Shown in pieces: positions 10,184-20,396 of a stretch of DNA of 64,000 nucleotides. A program made the position numbers and the translations under genes. This DNA is from an uncultured Sulfolobales archaeon. GTDB lineage: Archaea; Thermoproteota; Thermoprotei_A; Sulfolobales; NBVN01. The notes beneath the pieces were generated by a model. The model was not told the DNA's origin. It did not search any database and saw only the letters and a program-made list of their open reading frames with translations. The DNA lies in the NCBI GenBank assembly GCA_938083005.1, contig CALKCU010000016.1, positions 4,285 to 68,284 of the forward strand, given 5' to 3'. Each line of letters begins with the position of its first letter. Positions within the stretch are counted from its first letter, which is position 1.

Positions 10184-11644
10184 GTGGCAGAACCCCGCAT
10201 CCTGTACGCCCTAGCGGTCGTAGCAGTGGTAATAGCTGGAGTGGTTGGCTACCTCGCGGGTACGGCAGCTGCTCCGGCGCCGCCTCCAGCTGCGGTGCGC
10301 ACAATCACCGTGCCAACCACGATCACCGTGGTCACGACGGTCACGACTCCCGCACCGACGGTGGTGGCCCCTCCGGAGAGGATACGAGCCGCGTGGATCT
10401 ACGTTGGCCCCATAGGCGACTTCGGGTGGACCTACATGCACGACCTGGGTAGGAGAGTCGTCGAGAGCCTCTTCAGGGAGTGGCTGGAGACCACCTACTA
10501 CGAGTCAGTGACCGAGGCGGGGCTGCTGTCGAGGATTGACGAGCTGGTGAGAGCGGGCTACAACGTGATCTTCACGACCTCGTTCGAGTTCATGGAGAAG
10601 ACCTACGAGGCCGCGAAGAAGTACCCCAACGTGATGTTCTTCCACTGCAGCGGCTACATGAGGTGGACGAACCTGGGCACCTACTTCGCCGACCTCTACC
10701 AGGTCTACTACCTGAACGGGCTGATCGCCGGAGCGCTGACCAGGACCGGGAAGATAGGCTACGTGGCCGCGTTCACGATACCCGAGGTGATAAGGCACAT
10801 CAACGCCTTCGCCATAGGCGCTAAAGAGGTGGGGGAGCAGCTGGGCAGGGACATAGAGGTGTACGTGATAGAGATAGGGGCCTGGTTCGCGCCAGACAAG
10901 GCCATGGACGCGGCTAGGTACCTGGTCGAGGTCATGGGCGTCGACGTGCTAGCGTTCACTGAGGACAGCACGGCCGTAATCGAGTACGCGCAGAGTCTCT
11001 ACGAGAGGGGTAAGGAGGTCTACGTCTTCAGTCACTACGGACCCATGTACGAGTACGGCCCCGATGTGGTTGTCTCCGGGCAGCTCGTCAGGTGGGAAGT
11101 GATATACGCGGACATACTCGTTAAAATAAGGAGCGGGGTCCTGAACCCGACCAACCTGGCAAACGTCGACTACTGGTACCTGCTCAACGGCGGGGCGGTG
11201 GAGCTCGGTGCCCACGTCTTCGAGAACGGGACCGTCATGATGATCAATCCCAAGCACGCGCCCAAGCTCAAGGAGATAGCGGTCAGGGACAAGCTCACGG
11301 GCGAGAGGCTGTCCGTGTACGACCTAGTAATGAGGAGGTACTGGCAGATGAAGGAGGCTCCACTACTGCAGACACTCCAGTTCTCGGCACTAACGCATAA
11401 GCTAGAAAACCTGACCTACGTAGACATAGGCGGAAAGGAGAAGTGGTACCAGATCGCGGCGATCTTTGATCCCTTCGTCGGGCCTTTGGAGGGCTGGTGC
11501 AGATACAGGGGGCCCGAGGCGTTTACCGACTACTGCAAGAGGGCTGATAGAGTGTCGATACCGTCCGGTATGAGGCTGGGACACTTCGACCTCTGGAACA
11601 TGGACTGGTTCGTGAGCTGGGTCAAGTACTTGGGAGCGAGGTAG
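10184..11644 (+). CDS. BMP-family (PnrA/Med-like) ABC substrate-binding protein, membrane anchored
   Basis: N-terminal TM helix, a Thr/Val/Pro-rich linker (TITVPTTITVVTTVTTPAPTVV), then a BMP-like core (GPIGDFGWTYMHDLG). Followed by an ABC ATPase and two permeases. Confidence 0.85.
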   Translation: MAEPRILYALAVVAVVIAGVVGYLAGTAAAPAPPPAAVRTITVPTTITVVTTVTTPAPTVVAPPERIRAAWIYVGPIGDFGWTYMHDLGRRVVESLFREWLETTYYESVTEAGLLSRIDELVRAGYNVIFTTSFEFMEKTYEAAKKYPNVMFFHCSGYMRWTNLGTYFADLYQVYYLNGLIAGALTRTGKIGYVAAFTIPEVIRHINAFAIGAKEVGEQLGRDIEVYVIEIGAWFAPDKAMDAARYLVEVMGVDVLAFTEDSTAVIEYAQSLYERGKEVYVFSHYGPMYEYGPDVVVSGQLVRWEVIYADILVKIRSGVLNPTNLANVDYWYLLNGGAVELGAHVFENGTVMMINPKHAPKLKEIAVRDKLTGERLSVYDLVMRRYWQMKEAPLLQTLQFSALTHKLENLTYVDIGGKEKWYQIAAIFDPFVGPLEGWCRYRGPEAFTDYCKRADRVSIPSGMRLGHFDLWNMDWFVSWVKYLGAR

Positions 11645-11658
11645 GGAGGTTAAACAAC

Positions 11659-13185
11659 ATGTTTTTTCCCTCCAGTCAGCCGGTCCTCCGCGTCGTTGGT
11701 ATAACGAAGAGGTTCCCCGGAGTCCTCGCTCTGGACGACGTTTCTTTGGAGCTCTACCCAGGCGAGATACACTCTCTCCTCGGAGAGAACGGGTCTGGGA
11801 AGTCTACTCTAGCCAAGATCATGGCTGGAATATACGTGCCTGACAGGGGCAGTATAGAGGTCTCGGGCAGATCCTTCAGGTTCCTAGACCCCGTGAAGGC
11901 AGTGAGCTACGGCATAGTCTACATACCCCAGAGCCCCAGCCTGGTGGAGAGGCTCACGGTAGCCGAGAACATACTCATAGCCTTGAGGTCCTACGGCATC
12001 CTGTCGAGCATGGGGAGAGTAAAGGAGGCTGTAGCCAGGAGGGCCCGGGAGATGGGTATCGGTATAGACCCCGAGGCCGAGGTGGGCAAGCTAAGCTATA
12101 CCCAGAAGCAGATAGTAGAGCTATTGAAGGCCTCTCTGCTGGACGCCAAGGTGTTGCTCCTGGACGAGGTCACCACGTACCTGCCCAGGCCCCTCAGGGA
12201 GGCGTTCTACGGCTACCTGAGACTGTTGAGGAGTGAGGGCAGGACTATCCTGCTCATAACGCACAAAGTCTTCGAGGCTATCGAAGTGGCCGATAGAATC
12301 ACTGTTATGCGCTCTGGCAGGATCGTCGGGACTGTAGAGAGGAGCGAGTTCGATGCGGACCTGGTCAGGGGGCTTATGTTCGGGAGTAGCGCCAGCCTGA
12401 ACCATGTTGACTACCTACCCGAGGGGGAACCTCCGAGAGGGCCGACCGTGGAGAGGAGACCGGTGATCCTGCTGGACGACGTCTGGGCCGTGGGCGAGAC
12501 TGGCGGCCACGCTCTCCGAGGTGTGAGTGTGGAGGTCAACCCCGGGGAGATCCTGGGAGTGGTGGGGATCTCGGGGAATGGTCAGAGGGAGCTAGCCGAG
12601 GTCCTCGTAGGCCTCAGACCCGTCGAGAGGGGGCGCTACTACCTGGACGGTATCGATGTGACCAACAAAGGCGCCAAAGCGATAAGGGCCTCCGGGGTTG
12701 GGTTCGTTCCGGAGGCCCCGCTCTACTACAGCCTGTCCGGGGACCTTAGCTTGATGGAGAACCTGGCTCTAGCTGAGCAAGGGGGAGGGCCGGTCCTCTC
12801 GCTGAGGCCCCTCGCGGCGAGGGTCAGAGAGCTTATCGAGAAGTACGGAATCGCGGCCGCGTCTCCCAGGACCCAAGCGAAGGTGCTCTCGGGAGGCAAC
12901 GTCATGAGGTTTACCATAGCTAGGGAGCTAGAGTCCGCTAAGAAGGCCCTGGTGGCGCTGAACCCGACGAGGTCGCTCGACGAGAGGTTCGCTCTGAGCT
13001 TCGTCAAGGCTCTCAGGAGGAGCTCCCGGCTCAGCGGCCTCTCCGTAGTCTACATCAGCGAGAGCCTAGACGAGGTCCTCCGAGTGAGCGACAGGGTGGC
13101 CGTTATAAACAGTGGCAGGATAGTCGGCGTCTACAGCAGGGAGGCCGCCGAGAGGGAGACTCTGGAGAAGCTCATGGTGATGTAG
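11659..13185 (+). CDS. ABC transporter ATP-binding protein (duplicated ATPase)
   Basis: 508 aa with Walker A GENGSGKST and a second P-loop GISGNGQRE. Architecture is typical of sugar/nucleoside importers. Confidence 0.9.
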   Translation: MFFPSSQPVLRVVGITKRFPGVLALDDVSLELYPGEIHSLLGENGSGKSTLAKIMAGIYVPDRGSIEVSGRSFRFLDPVKAVSYGIVYIPQSPSLVERLTVAENILIALRSYGILSSMGRVKEAVARRAREMGIGIDPEAEVGKLSYTQKQIVELLKASLLDAKVLLLDEVTTYLPRPLREAFYGYLRLLRSEGRTILLITHKVFEAIEVADRITVMRSGRIVGTVERSEFDADLVRGLMFGSSASLNHVDYLPEGEPPRGPTVERRPVILLDDVWAVGETGGHALRGVSVEVNPGEILGVVGISGNGQRELAEVLVGLRPVERGRYYLDGIDVTNKGAKAIRASGVGFVPEAPLYYSLSGDLSLMENLALAEQGGGPVLSLRPLAARVRELIEKYGIAAASPRTQAKVLSGGNVMRFTIARELESAKKALVALNPTRSLDERFALSFVKALRRSSRLSGLSVVYISESLDEVLRVSDRVAVINSGRIVGVYSREAAERETLEKLMVM

Positions 13186-14316
13186 GTGGTCAGAGTCTCC
13201 CTAGTGGTGACCAAGCGTTACAGGGAGAGGATGATCACGTCGACGCCCGCGATCCTCACGGTCTCCCTAGTACTCGGGCTGGTCGTATCGTATCTAGCTA
13301 TCTGGGCCACCGTTGGGCTGGAACCTGCGAGCTTCTTCGCTACGTTCTACCAGACCCTGGCATCGTACAGCGGGCTGCTCGAGCCTTTCCTGTTCCTAAC
13401 CCTCCTGGGCGCGGCGATCTCGGTGGCCTTCTACGGGTCGTACTGGAACGTCGGTGCCGAGGGGCAGTACGTCCTGGGAATGCTGGGCGCGATGTATCTC
13501 GTGATGTTCTCCCCGCTTAGCGGAACCCTACTGGAGGGCGATCGGGCGAGCGCCGCCGTCGTAAAGCTCGCAGCGGTGATCTTGGGCGGGCTGCTCGGGG
13601 CTCTATGGTCCGTGATACCCGGGTTCTTCAAGGCTTTCGTAAGGGTTAACGAGGTCCCGGTGCTGCTGCTGATGAACTACGTCGCCTACTGCCTCTCGGA
13701 TTACCTGACCGGGGGGCCGTGGAAGGGTAGGTATACCTATGGTTACATAAGAACGGATATGATACCGGAGGCGGCGAGGCTCACCGTCGTCCCGGGCCTG
13801 GAGATCCTGAGATACGAGGTCGCAGTAGCAGCTGCCGCAGTGCTCGCCGGGGTCTACCTGGTGCTGGAGCGCACTAGACTCGGGCTGCGGATAAAGGTAT
13901 TGGGGACTAACCCGGTCGCTTTAAGGTCTCTGGGTTACGACGACAGGACCGTCATCCTGACCGTGGCTGCTCTGAGCGGCTTCATAGCCGGTTTAGCGGG
14001 AGCGCTGAGGCTCCTGGGTTACGACTACCGCCTGCCCTATAACATAGGCGACGGAAAGACGGGCTTCTACGGATACACGGCCATTCTCGTGGCCTGGCTC
14101 TCCTTCAGGGATGTCAGATTGCTCGTGCCGTCGGCGGTGATAGTCTCGGCTCTGAACAGCTTCGGGTACAGGATGCAGCTGAGCCTCAAGGGTCTACTAC
14201 CACCAGGGGTCTCGGCCCACGCCTTCTCCCAGATCTTCATCGGGATCACTCTCGCCGTCTACACCATAGCCAGGGTCGCTAGGGACCACTCCGTCAGGCT
14301 GGTGATCGAGAGATGA
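13186..14316 (+). CDS. ABC transporter permease
   Basis: 376 aa multi-TM protein, adjacent to the ATPase with start abutting its stop. Confidence 0.85.
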   Translation: MVRVSLVVTKRYRERMITSTPAILTVSLVLGLVVSYLAIWATVGLEPASFFATFYQTLASYSGLLEPFLFLTLLGAAISVAFYGSYWNVGAEGQYVLGMLGAMYLVMFSPLSGTLLEGDRASAAVVKLAAVILGGLLGALWSVIPGFFKAFVRVNEVPVLLLMNYVAYCLSDYLTGGPWKGRYTYGYIRTDMIPEAARLTVVPGLEILRYEVAVAAAAVLAGVYLVLERTRLGLRIKVLGTNPVALRSLGYDDRTVILTVAALSGFIAGLAGALRLLGYDYRLPYNIGDGKTGFYGYTAILVAWLSFRDVRLLVPSAVIVSALNSFGYRMQLSLKGLLPPGVSAHAFSQIFIGITLAVYTIARVARDHSVRLVIER

Positions 14317-15239
14317 GGGAGCTCCTGGAGTGGTTCGTCCAGATCTTAGCACCCGCGTACGTAGTCTACACGCTCGCCGCCACCGGGAGCGCGGTGGTGG
14401 AGAGGTGCGGGGTCCTCAACCTAGCCATAGACGGTCTCTTCGTGCTAAGCTCCTCGCTAGCCTACACGTACGCAGTGCTGTTCTCGGCGCTCCTCCAGGG
14501 CGGCGCTCCGGCCACGTGGCTATCACTGCTACTCACAGCGGCAACGGTCGCCCTACTCTACTCTCTCTACACGACCTTGAGCACGGTCCTGCCAGTGAGC
14601 CAGGGGGCTATAGGACTGTCCTTCATGTTCATAGGCTACGGTCTGGGAGCGGTAGTGGGCAACATCGGGAGGATAGCTTTCGGCCTCCGAGGAGTGAGAG
14701 TGGCCTACTTGGGCGCGGGGCACGGCAGCGCCGCCTCCGCCTACCTCTCCACGATCTTAGCGGTGACCGCGGTCTACCTGCTGCTCTACAAGCTTAAGCT
14801 CGGGGTCATGATCAGGGCCGTGGGGGAGGACCCGAGGCTAGCCAGCCAGGTCGGCGTCAGCGTGACCGGCACCAGGCTCCTGACCGGTCTCCTGGGCGGC
14901 GCGCTCGTAGGCCTAGGCGGGGCCCTCTTTACCCTGTGGAGGGTGGGCGGGTGGTCCCAGGGGCAGGGTCTGAACCACGGCTGGCTCGCTTATGCCATCT
15001 CGATCGCTGGCTGGAGACATCCGCCCCTAGTGGCCCTCGTCTCCCTGTTCTTCTCGACCGCGTACGTCCTGCTCCCCCACCTCCAGAGGCTCGGACTCCC
15101 TATTGAGGCCTCTACCGCCGCACCCTACGTCACCTCGATAGCCATTATGGTGGTCGTGTCCTCCATCCGCGGGAGGAGCAGGCTCTTGGCGGACCCCAAG
15201 TCTCTGGGGAGGGCCTTCTTCAGGGAGGAGCAGGTATAG
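14313..15239 (+). CDS. ABC transporter permease
   Basis: 308 aa multi-TM protein with a 4-nt overlap with the preceding permease. Confidence 0.85.
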   Translation: MRELLEWFVQILAPAYVVYTLAATGSAVVERCGVLNLAIDGLFVLSSSLAYTYAVLFSALLQGGAPATWLSLLLTAATVALLYSLYTTLSTVLPVSQGAIGLSFMFIGYGLGAVVGNIGRIAFGLRGVRVAYLGAGHGSAASAYLSTILAVTAVYLLLYKLKLGVMIRAVGEDPRLASQVGVSVTGTRLLTGLLGGALVGLGGALFTLWRVGGWSQGQGLNHGWLAYAISIAGWRHPPLVALVSLFFSTAYVLLPHLQRLGLPIEASTAAPYVTSIAIMVVVSSIRGRSRLLADPKSLGRAFFREEQV

Positions 15240-15259
15240 GGGGCAAGGCCTCCCGCACC

Positions 15260-16081
15260 TCACTGGCGCTTGCACAAGAGCACGGGGTCCCCCCTACTCA
15301 CTTGGAGGAGCTCCCTAGCCGACCCCAGGTTCACCGCTAGCTCCGCGAGCTGGAAGCTGTTCTCGTAGAGCACCAGCGTCCCGGGGGGCGCGACGGAGAA
15401 CACCTCCTCTACTCTGGCCACGTGCTCGCGGGTCCCAACAACCACATCCACTCTATCCTCAACACGTATGTCCAGGAGGTCAGCTAGCTTCCCGAACCCC
15501 TCCGAGAGTATCACGTTACCGAACCTGTCTACGTGGACCACCCAGACCCTCACGCAGTCGCCCACCTTCTCGGAGCCCACCCGAAGCCTGGGCCTGACGA
15601 GGTCCCCCGGGTCTAGCGGGTCTCCCAGCGAGCCGAGGCCGGCTCCGCACGCTATCCTCGCGGCGATCGGTGCGAAGATGTCCCTCCCGTGGAAGGACCT
15701 CGAGACGGGTTTCCAGTAGAGCTCCTCTCGGTTTAGGACCACCGCTCCCTCCAGCCCGTCATCCTCAGCCGCCGGTACCAGGAGCCCGTTGTCTGGTCCC
15801 ACGAAGTAGTAGTTCCTGCTAGCTATAGCCACAGCCCTCCTGGAGCTACCGACCCCCGGGTCGACGACCGCCACGAAGACGGTTCCCGGAGGGAAGTACT
15901 TGTACGCGGAGAGCAATACGTAGGAGCCATACTCGACGTCGAAGGGCGGAACCTCGTGCGTCACATCTACGAGGACCGCGCTCCGGCAGACCCTCAGCAC
16001 CACCCCCTTCATCGAGGGTACGTAGGGGTCCGAGGTGCCGAAGTCCGTGAGGAGAGCTACGACCCCGCAGGCCTCCCTCAA
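15260..16081 (-). CDS. SAM hydrolase / SAM hydroxide adenosyltransferase (DUF62 family)
   Basis: VVALLTDFGTSDPYVPSMKGV...VVDPGVGSSRRAVAI matches the DUF62 chlorinase/fluorinase-like family. The track ORF extends to 16396, but that part is non-homologous-looking and overlaps rpiB antisense. An in-frame TTG at 16081 sits about 39 nt from a TATA box. Confidence 0.8.
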   Translation of the reverse strand: MREACGVVALLTDFGTSDPYVPSMKGVVLRVCRSAVLVDVTHEVPPFDVEYGSYVLLSAYKYFPPGTVFVAVVDPGVGSSRRAVAIASRNYYFVGPDNGLLVPAAEDDGLEGAVVLNREELYWKPVSRSFHGRDIFAPIAARIACGAGLGSLGDPLDPGDLVRPRLRVGSEKVGDCVRVWVVHVDRFGNVILSEGFGKLADLLDIRVEDRVDVVVGTREHVARVEEVFSVAPPGTLVLYENSFQLAELAVNLGSARELLQVSRGDPVLLCKRQ

Positions 16082-16115
16082 GGACTCGTCGCCAACCTGC
16101 AGCGGCCGCGCTGCC

Positions 16116-16123
16116 CTATATTT
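16116..16123. promoter_or_regulatory. shared TATA-like box (ctatattt) between divergent genes
   Basis: Lies about 37 nt from the rpiB GTG (16157) and about 39 nt from the DUF62 TTG (16081) on the opposite strand. Confidence 0.4.
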
Positions 16124-16156
16124 GGATGAGCCCCAGTCCTCTACCGGGCGAGCGAC

Positions 16157-16612
16157 GTGAAGAAGGTCGTCGTCGGCTCGGACGACCTGTACCCGTGCGT
16201 TAGGGCTGCGCTCGAGTACCTCAGGGAGAGGGGCTACCAGGTGGAGGTGGTAGGCTCGCCGAAGACGGGTAGGCCGGAGCCGTGGCCGGATGTGGCCTAC
16301 GCCGTGGCTATGGCAGTGGCCAGGAAGGAGGCCGATTGGGGAGTGCTGGTCTGCTACACGGGCACCGGGGTCTCCGTAGTCGCCAACAAGGTCCACGGGG
16401 TAAGGGCCGCGCTATGTAACGACGCGCAGACAGCCCGCGGGGCCAGGTTGTGGAACGATGCCAACGTCCTCGCGATGAGCGGTAGGCTGGTCACCGAGAT
16501 CCTGACGCGCGAAATACTCGAGGCTTGGACCTCGGTCGAGAGCCCGGACCCCTCGGAGCTACCCAACATCGAGAAGCTTAAGGAGATAGACCGCGCCCTC
16601 AGGAGGCAGTAG
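16157..16612 (+). CDS. rpiB: ribose-5-phosphate isomerase B (RpiB/LacAB family)
   Basis: 151 aa. KKVVVGSDD...CYTGTGVSVVANKVHGVRAALCNDAQTARGARLWNDANVLAMSGRL matches RpiB. Confidence 0.85.
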   Translation: MKKVVVGSDDLYPCVRAALEYLRERGYQVEVVGSPKTGRPEPWPDVAYAVAMAVARKEADWGVLVCYTGTGVSVVANKVHGVRAALCNDAQTARGARLWNDANVLAMSGRLVTEILTREILEAWTSVESPDPSELPNIEKLKEIDRALRRQ

Positions 16613-16720
16613 CGGAGGGATCCCGGGAGAGCGTCCCGAGTCCGGGGCGCTCGCTATACGCATAATACCCCATACCCACGGAGTATTTATTGCTTCGCTC
16701 GGAGCTTTGTCGGTGGTACC

Positions 16721-18571
16721 TTGAAGGGTTGGTCCGGGAGATACCTCTACGTAGACTTATCCAAAAAGAAGTTCCACTACGTGGACATCCCTGTGGATGT
16801 CCTGAGGAACTTCATAGGCGGGAGGGGGCTAGCCGTTAAGCTGCTGTGGGACCTTAACCCGGTTGGTGTGGACCCGCTCTCGCCGGACAACCACCTGGTT
16901 TTGGCGACCGGTCCTCTGACCGGCTACCCGCTCCCGTCCTCGGGTAAGCTGCAGATAGCGTCCAAGTCTCCGCTCACTGGCGGCTACGGAGACGGCAATA
17001 TAGGAGCCAGGGCTGCGGTCGAGCTCAGGAAGCTGGGAGTGGACGCCGTAGTCATCGGTGGGAAGGCCGAGAAGCCGACGATACTCTACCTGACCTGCGA
17101 GGGAGTGGAGTTCAGAGACGGGAGCGACTACTGGGGGCTCACGACTAAGGACGCCGAGGAGAGGCTGAAGAAGGAGCTGGGCGGGGGCGTAAGCGTCCTG
17201 AGCATAGGCCCCGGTGGCGAGAGGCTGGTGAAGTACGCCACCGTGCTCAGCGAGCTCGGGAGGTCGGCCGGGAGGCCGGGCATGGGCGCCGTGATGGGCT
17301 CCAAGAACCTCAAGGCTGTGGCCATAAAGGGCTGCTCCATGCCGGAGCCCGCGAGCGTAGAGGAGCTGGTGAATCTGGGGGCCGAGGCCTATAGGAAGAT
17401 CAAGGAGTCCCCGGCTTACGAGTTCTGGTGCAGGCAGGGCACGATGGGCACTATAGAGTGGTCCCAGAAGAACTCCTGCCTCCCCTCCTACAACTTCAGC
17501 GAGGGAGTCTTCGAGTACTGGGAGGGCATAGATGGCTACATCATGGAGTCCATGAAGGTCAGGGTCAAGGCCTGCCCCAACTGCAACATGCCATGCGGCA
17601 ACGTAGTCAAGTACGTGACCTATACCGACGCTGGCGAGGCCGAGCTCGATTACGAGAACGTCGCGATGCTGGGCTCGAACATAGGCCTTGCCCCGCTAAA
17701 CAAGGTTTCCCACATAAACGTGCTGGCGGATCTGTACGGAATCGACACCATAAGCCTCGGGAGCGCGATCGGCTACTCCATGGAGCTGAGCGAGAAGGGG
17801 CTACTGAAGGAGAGGATCGAATGGGGGGACTACTCCAGGATCAAGGAGCTCGTCCGGCAGATAGCGTATAGGGAGGGTCTTGGCGATCTCCTAGCCGAGG
17901 GGGTCGCCGCGATGGCTGAGAGGATCGGTGGCGACGCCTGGAAGTACGCCATCCACGTTAAGCGTCTCGAGGTCTCGGCCTACGACTGCCACGCGGCTCC
18001 GGGGATGGCTCTGGCCTACGGCACTTCACCGATAGGGGCCCACCACAAGGACGCGTGGTTCATCGCTACGGAGGTCAGGATGGGCAGGTTCGAATACACC
18101 GCTGAGAAGGTGGAGAGACTGGTCTGGTTGCAGAACATAAGAGGGGGCATGTTCGAGTCTCTGACCACCTGCAGACTCCCGTGGGTCGAGGTTGGACTGA
18201 GTCTGGACTACTACCCCAGGCTCCTGACTGCCGCTACCGGCTACACCTACACCTGGGACACTATACACGAAGTCGCGGACAGGATCTACGCGCTCGTGAG
18301 GGCCTTCTGGGTGCGGGAGTACGCAGCAGCGGGGCTTAGGTGGGATCACTCTATGGACATGCCTCCGGCGAAGTGGTTCGTCCAGCCTCTCACCAAGGGT
18401 CCGCTGAAGGGCGCTAAGCTGGACTCCGGTGGCTACACAAAGATGTTGATGCACTACTACGCTCTAAGGGGCTGGGATGAGAGGGGGATCCCGAAGAGGT
18501 CCACGCTTGAGAGGCTTGGTCTAGGCTACGCCGTCTCCCAGCTCGAGAGCCTGGGGGTGGGTCTGAGCTAA
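16721..18571 (+). CDS. aor: tungsten-containing aldehyde:ferredoxin oxidoreductase family protein
   Basis: 616 aa. N-terminus GWSGRYLYVDLSKKKF and overall AOR-family layout. A TATA box sits at about 16684. Confidence 0.9.
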   Translation: MKGWSGRYLYVDLSKKKFHYVDIPVDVLRNFIGGRGLAVKLLWDLNPVGVDPLSPDNHLVLATGPLTGYPLPSSGKLQIASKSPLTGGYGDGNIGARAAVELRKLGVDAVVIGGKAEKPTILYLTCEGVEFRDGSDYWGLTTKDAEERLKKELGGGVSVLSIGPGGERLVKYATVLSELGRSAGRPGMGAVMGSKNLKAVAIKGCSMPEPASVEELVNLGAEAYRKIKESPAYEFWCRQGTMGTIEWSQKNSCLPSYNFSEGVFEYWEGIDGYIMESMKVRVKACPNCNMPCGNVVKYVTYTDAGEAELDYENVAMLGSNIGLAPLNKVSHINVLADLYGIDTISLGSAIGYSMELSEKGLLKERIEWGDYSRIKELVRQIAYREGLGDLLAEGVAAMAERIGGDAWKYAIHVKRLEVSAYDCHAAPGMALAYGTSPIGAHHKDAWFIATEVRMGRFEYTAEKVERLVWLQNIRGGMFESLTTCRLPWVEVGLSLDYYPRLLTAATGYTYTWDTIHEVADRIYALVRAFWVREYAAAGLRWDHSMDMPPAKWFVQPLTKGPLKGAKLDSGGYTKMLMHYYALRGWDERGIPKRSTLERLGLGYAVSQLESLGVGLS

Positions 18572-18617
18572 GCCTTATAAACACCAGCTACCATTTTTAC
18601 GTGAAGTAGGGTACGGA

Positions 18618-18959
18618 ATGGAGAGTAGGGGGAGGTTAAGCCTGGAGTCTATATGCGGCGGGCTACCGGAGGAGCTTTGCGTTCAGATAAGCTCCGGGCA
18701 ACAGATCGTCAAGATAAGGGTAGAGAAGAGGAAGTTCGGCAAGGAGGTAACGGTGATAGAGGGGCTGGACGGTGCCGTCTACAATCTGAAGGAGGTCGCT
18801 TCAAGGTTAAAGTCGAGGCTGGCCGTGGGCGGCACGGTCAAGAACGACCACATAGAGTTACAGGGGAATCAGACTACCAGAGTAAGGCACATCCTCACCG
18901 AGGAGCTGGGCATACCCCCGGAGAATATAATAGTTATAGAATCTGAGGAGACTGGGTAG
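18618..18959 (+). CDS. translation initiation factor aSUI1/eIF1
   Basis: KIRVEKRKFGKEVTVIEGLD...LKSRLAVGGTVKNDHIELQGNQ is the SUI1 signature. Confidence 0.9.
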   Translation: MESRGRLSLESICGGLPEELCVQISSGQQIVKIRVEKRKFGKEVTVIEGLDGAVYNLKEVASRLKSRLAVGGTVKNDHIELQGNQTTRVRHILTEELGIPPENIIVIESEETG

Positions 18960-19015
18960 TCGAAGGCTCTGAAGCTGAACAACGTTTATTTGTGAAACTG
19001 CTTCTCCTTCCCTCT

Positions 19016-19963
19016 TCACTCCTCTGGGAGCTGCAGCTTTAGGCTCCGGACGAGCTCTCTATACCTGTTCCTCACCGTCACCTCCGTTACCCCCACGACG
19101 GCCGCTATGTCCTTCTGGGTCCTCTTTATCCCCAGCAACTGGGCCGCGGCGTAGACGGCGGCAGCGGCCACACCGGTTGGGTCCTTGCCGGCCGTGATAC
19201 CGAGCCTCCTCGCCTCCTCTAGCAGCTCTATGGCCTTCTTGGCCACCCTACCGCTCAGCCCGAGGGCCGAGACTATCCTGGGTACGTAGTCCGCCGAGTC
19301 GGTCGGGGGGACCCTTATCTCCAGCTCCTTGACGAGCATCCTGTAGCACCTCGAGATCTCGCGCTTGTCAGCCTTGGTAACGGAGGATATCTCGTCAAGG
19401 AGCCGAGGTATCTTGTGGATCCTGCAGGCGACGTAGAGGGAGGCCGCCGCCACCGCCTCGACGGACCTGCCCCTGATGATCCCCCTCTCTATGGCTCTCC
19501 TGTATATCGATACCGCCTCCTCCTTTATGGACTTGGGCAGCCCGAGCTGGTCCGCTATCCTCTCGAGCTCCGCAGCCGCCTGCGTTATGTTCCTGTCTAT
19601 AGAGCTCTGTATCCTCGTCCTGAGCTGCCACTTCCTCCACCTCATGGCCTCCAGCCTCTTCTTCATCTCGAGCTTCTTCCCGGTAGCGTCCTTGTCTGTC
19701 CAGTCTATGACCGACGTCAGGCCGCCGTCGTGTATCATGGGGGAGAGGGGGGAACCCGCTCTGGCTCTCTTGCTCTCCTCGTCTGAAGTGAACGCTCTCC
19801 ACTCCGGCCCCTGGTCTACCACTCTCTCCTCGATAACTTCGCCAGTCTCTGTGCAGACGTACTGCCCGCGTGTCTCGTCAAACACTATCTTGTTCGGGGG
19901 ACACCTCTCCTCCACTACCTCTCCTCCGGCTACCTCCTGATGCGACTCTTCAGAAGGCACCAT
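19016..19963 (-). CDS. tfb: transcription initiation factor B
   Basis: 315 aa with an N-terminal Zn-ribbon-like region, GPEWRAF and two cyclin-like repeats. Confidence 0.95.
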   Translation of the reverse strand: MVPSEESHQEVAGGEVVEERCPPNKIVFDETRGQYVCTETGEVIEERVVDQGPEWRAFTSDEESKRARAGSPLSPMIHDGGLTSVIDWTDKDATGKKLEMKKRLEAMRWRKWQLRTRIQSSIDRNITQAAAELERIADQLGLPKSIKEEAVSIYRRAIERGIIRGRSVEAVAAASLYVACRIHKIPRLLDEISSVTKADKREISRCYRMLVKELEIRVPPTDSADYVPRIVSALGLSGRVAKKAIELLEEARRLGITAGKDPTGVAAAAVYAAAQLLGIKRTQKDIAAVVGVTEVTVRNRYRELVRSLKLQLPEE

Positions 19964-20062
19964 CAGACACCACCGAAAAGCTTATTTCTGCCCACCTTGG
20001 ACTGCTACTATATTTTTGATGTGGTAGCTTATAAGCTTTTCTCCTCACATGGGATAGCGGAA

Positions 20063-20136
20063 GCCGCCGTAGCTCAGCCTGGCAGAGCGCCGGCCTTGTA
20101 AGCCGGCGGTCGCGGGTTCGAGTCCCGCCGGCGGCT
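20063..20136 (+). tRNA. tRNA-Thr (anticodon TGT)
   Basis: Hand-folded cloverleaf: acceptor GCCGCCG/CGGCGGC, anticodon arm CCGGC-CTTGTAA-GCCGG, T arm GCGGG-TTCGAGT-CCCGC. 74 nt with no encoded CCA. Confidence 0.9.
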
Positions 20137-20396
20137 CCCGCCCTCACGGGCTTGTCGCGCGGAGGGATCGCGGCACGTCGAAGACGCGCCCCGGTGTCTG
20201 CTCCGCTGGAGCTAGCGCGAATCGAAGAGTGGACGTAGGCTATCCGCCCCGGGGTCTCCCGCGAAACTGCCCGCGCGGTGGGAGTGGTACCGAGCGGGGG
20301 CTGGGGACTATTCGGACGCTAGGACCGCTAAGCGCGGTCTGGGACTCTCTCCAGCTTAAAAGCTCTCACCGGGAGCTAGCTTAGGTAGCCGACTGT

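Noticed and set aside
16082-16396. Upstream 105-codon extension of the DUF62 ORF to the ATG at 16396.
   Set aside because: The extension is low-complexity Arg/His/Pro-rich and overlaps rpiB antisense. Homology to the DUF62 family begins only at about 16070. An in-frame TTG with a properly spaced TATA box exists at 16081.
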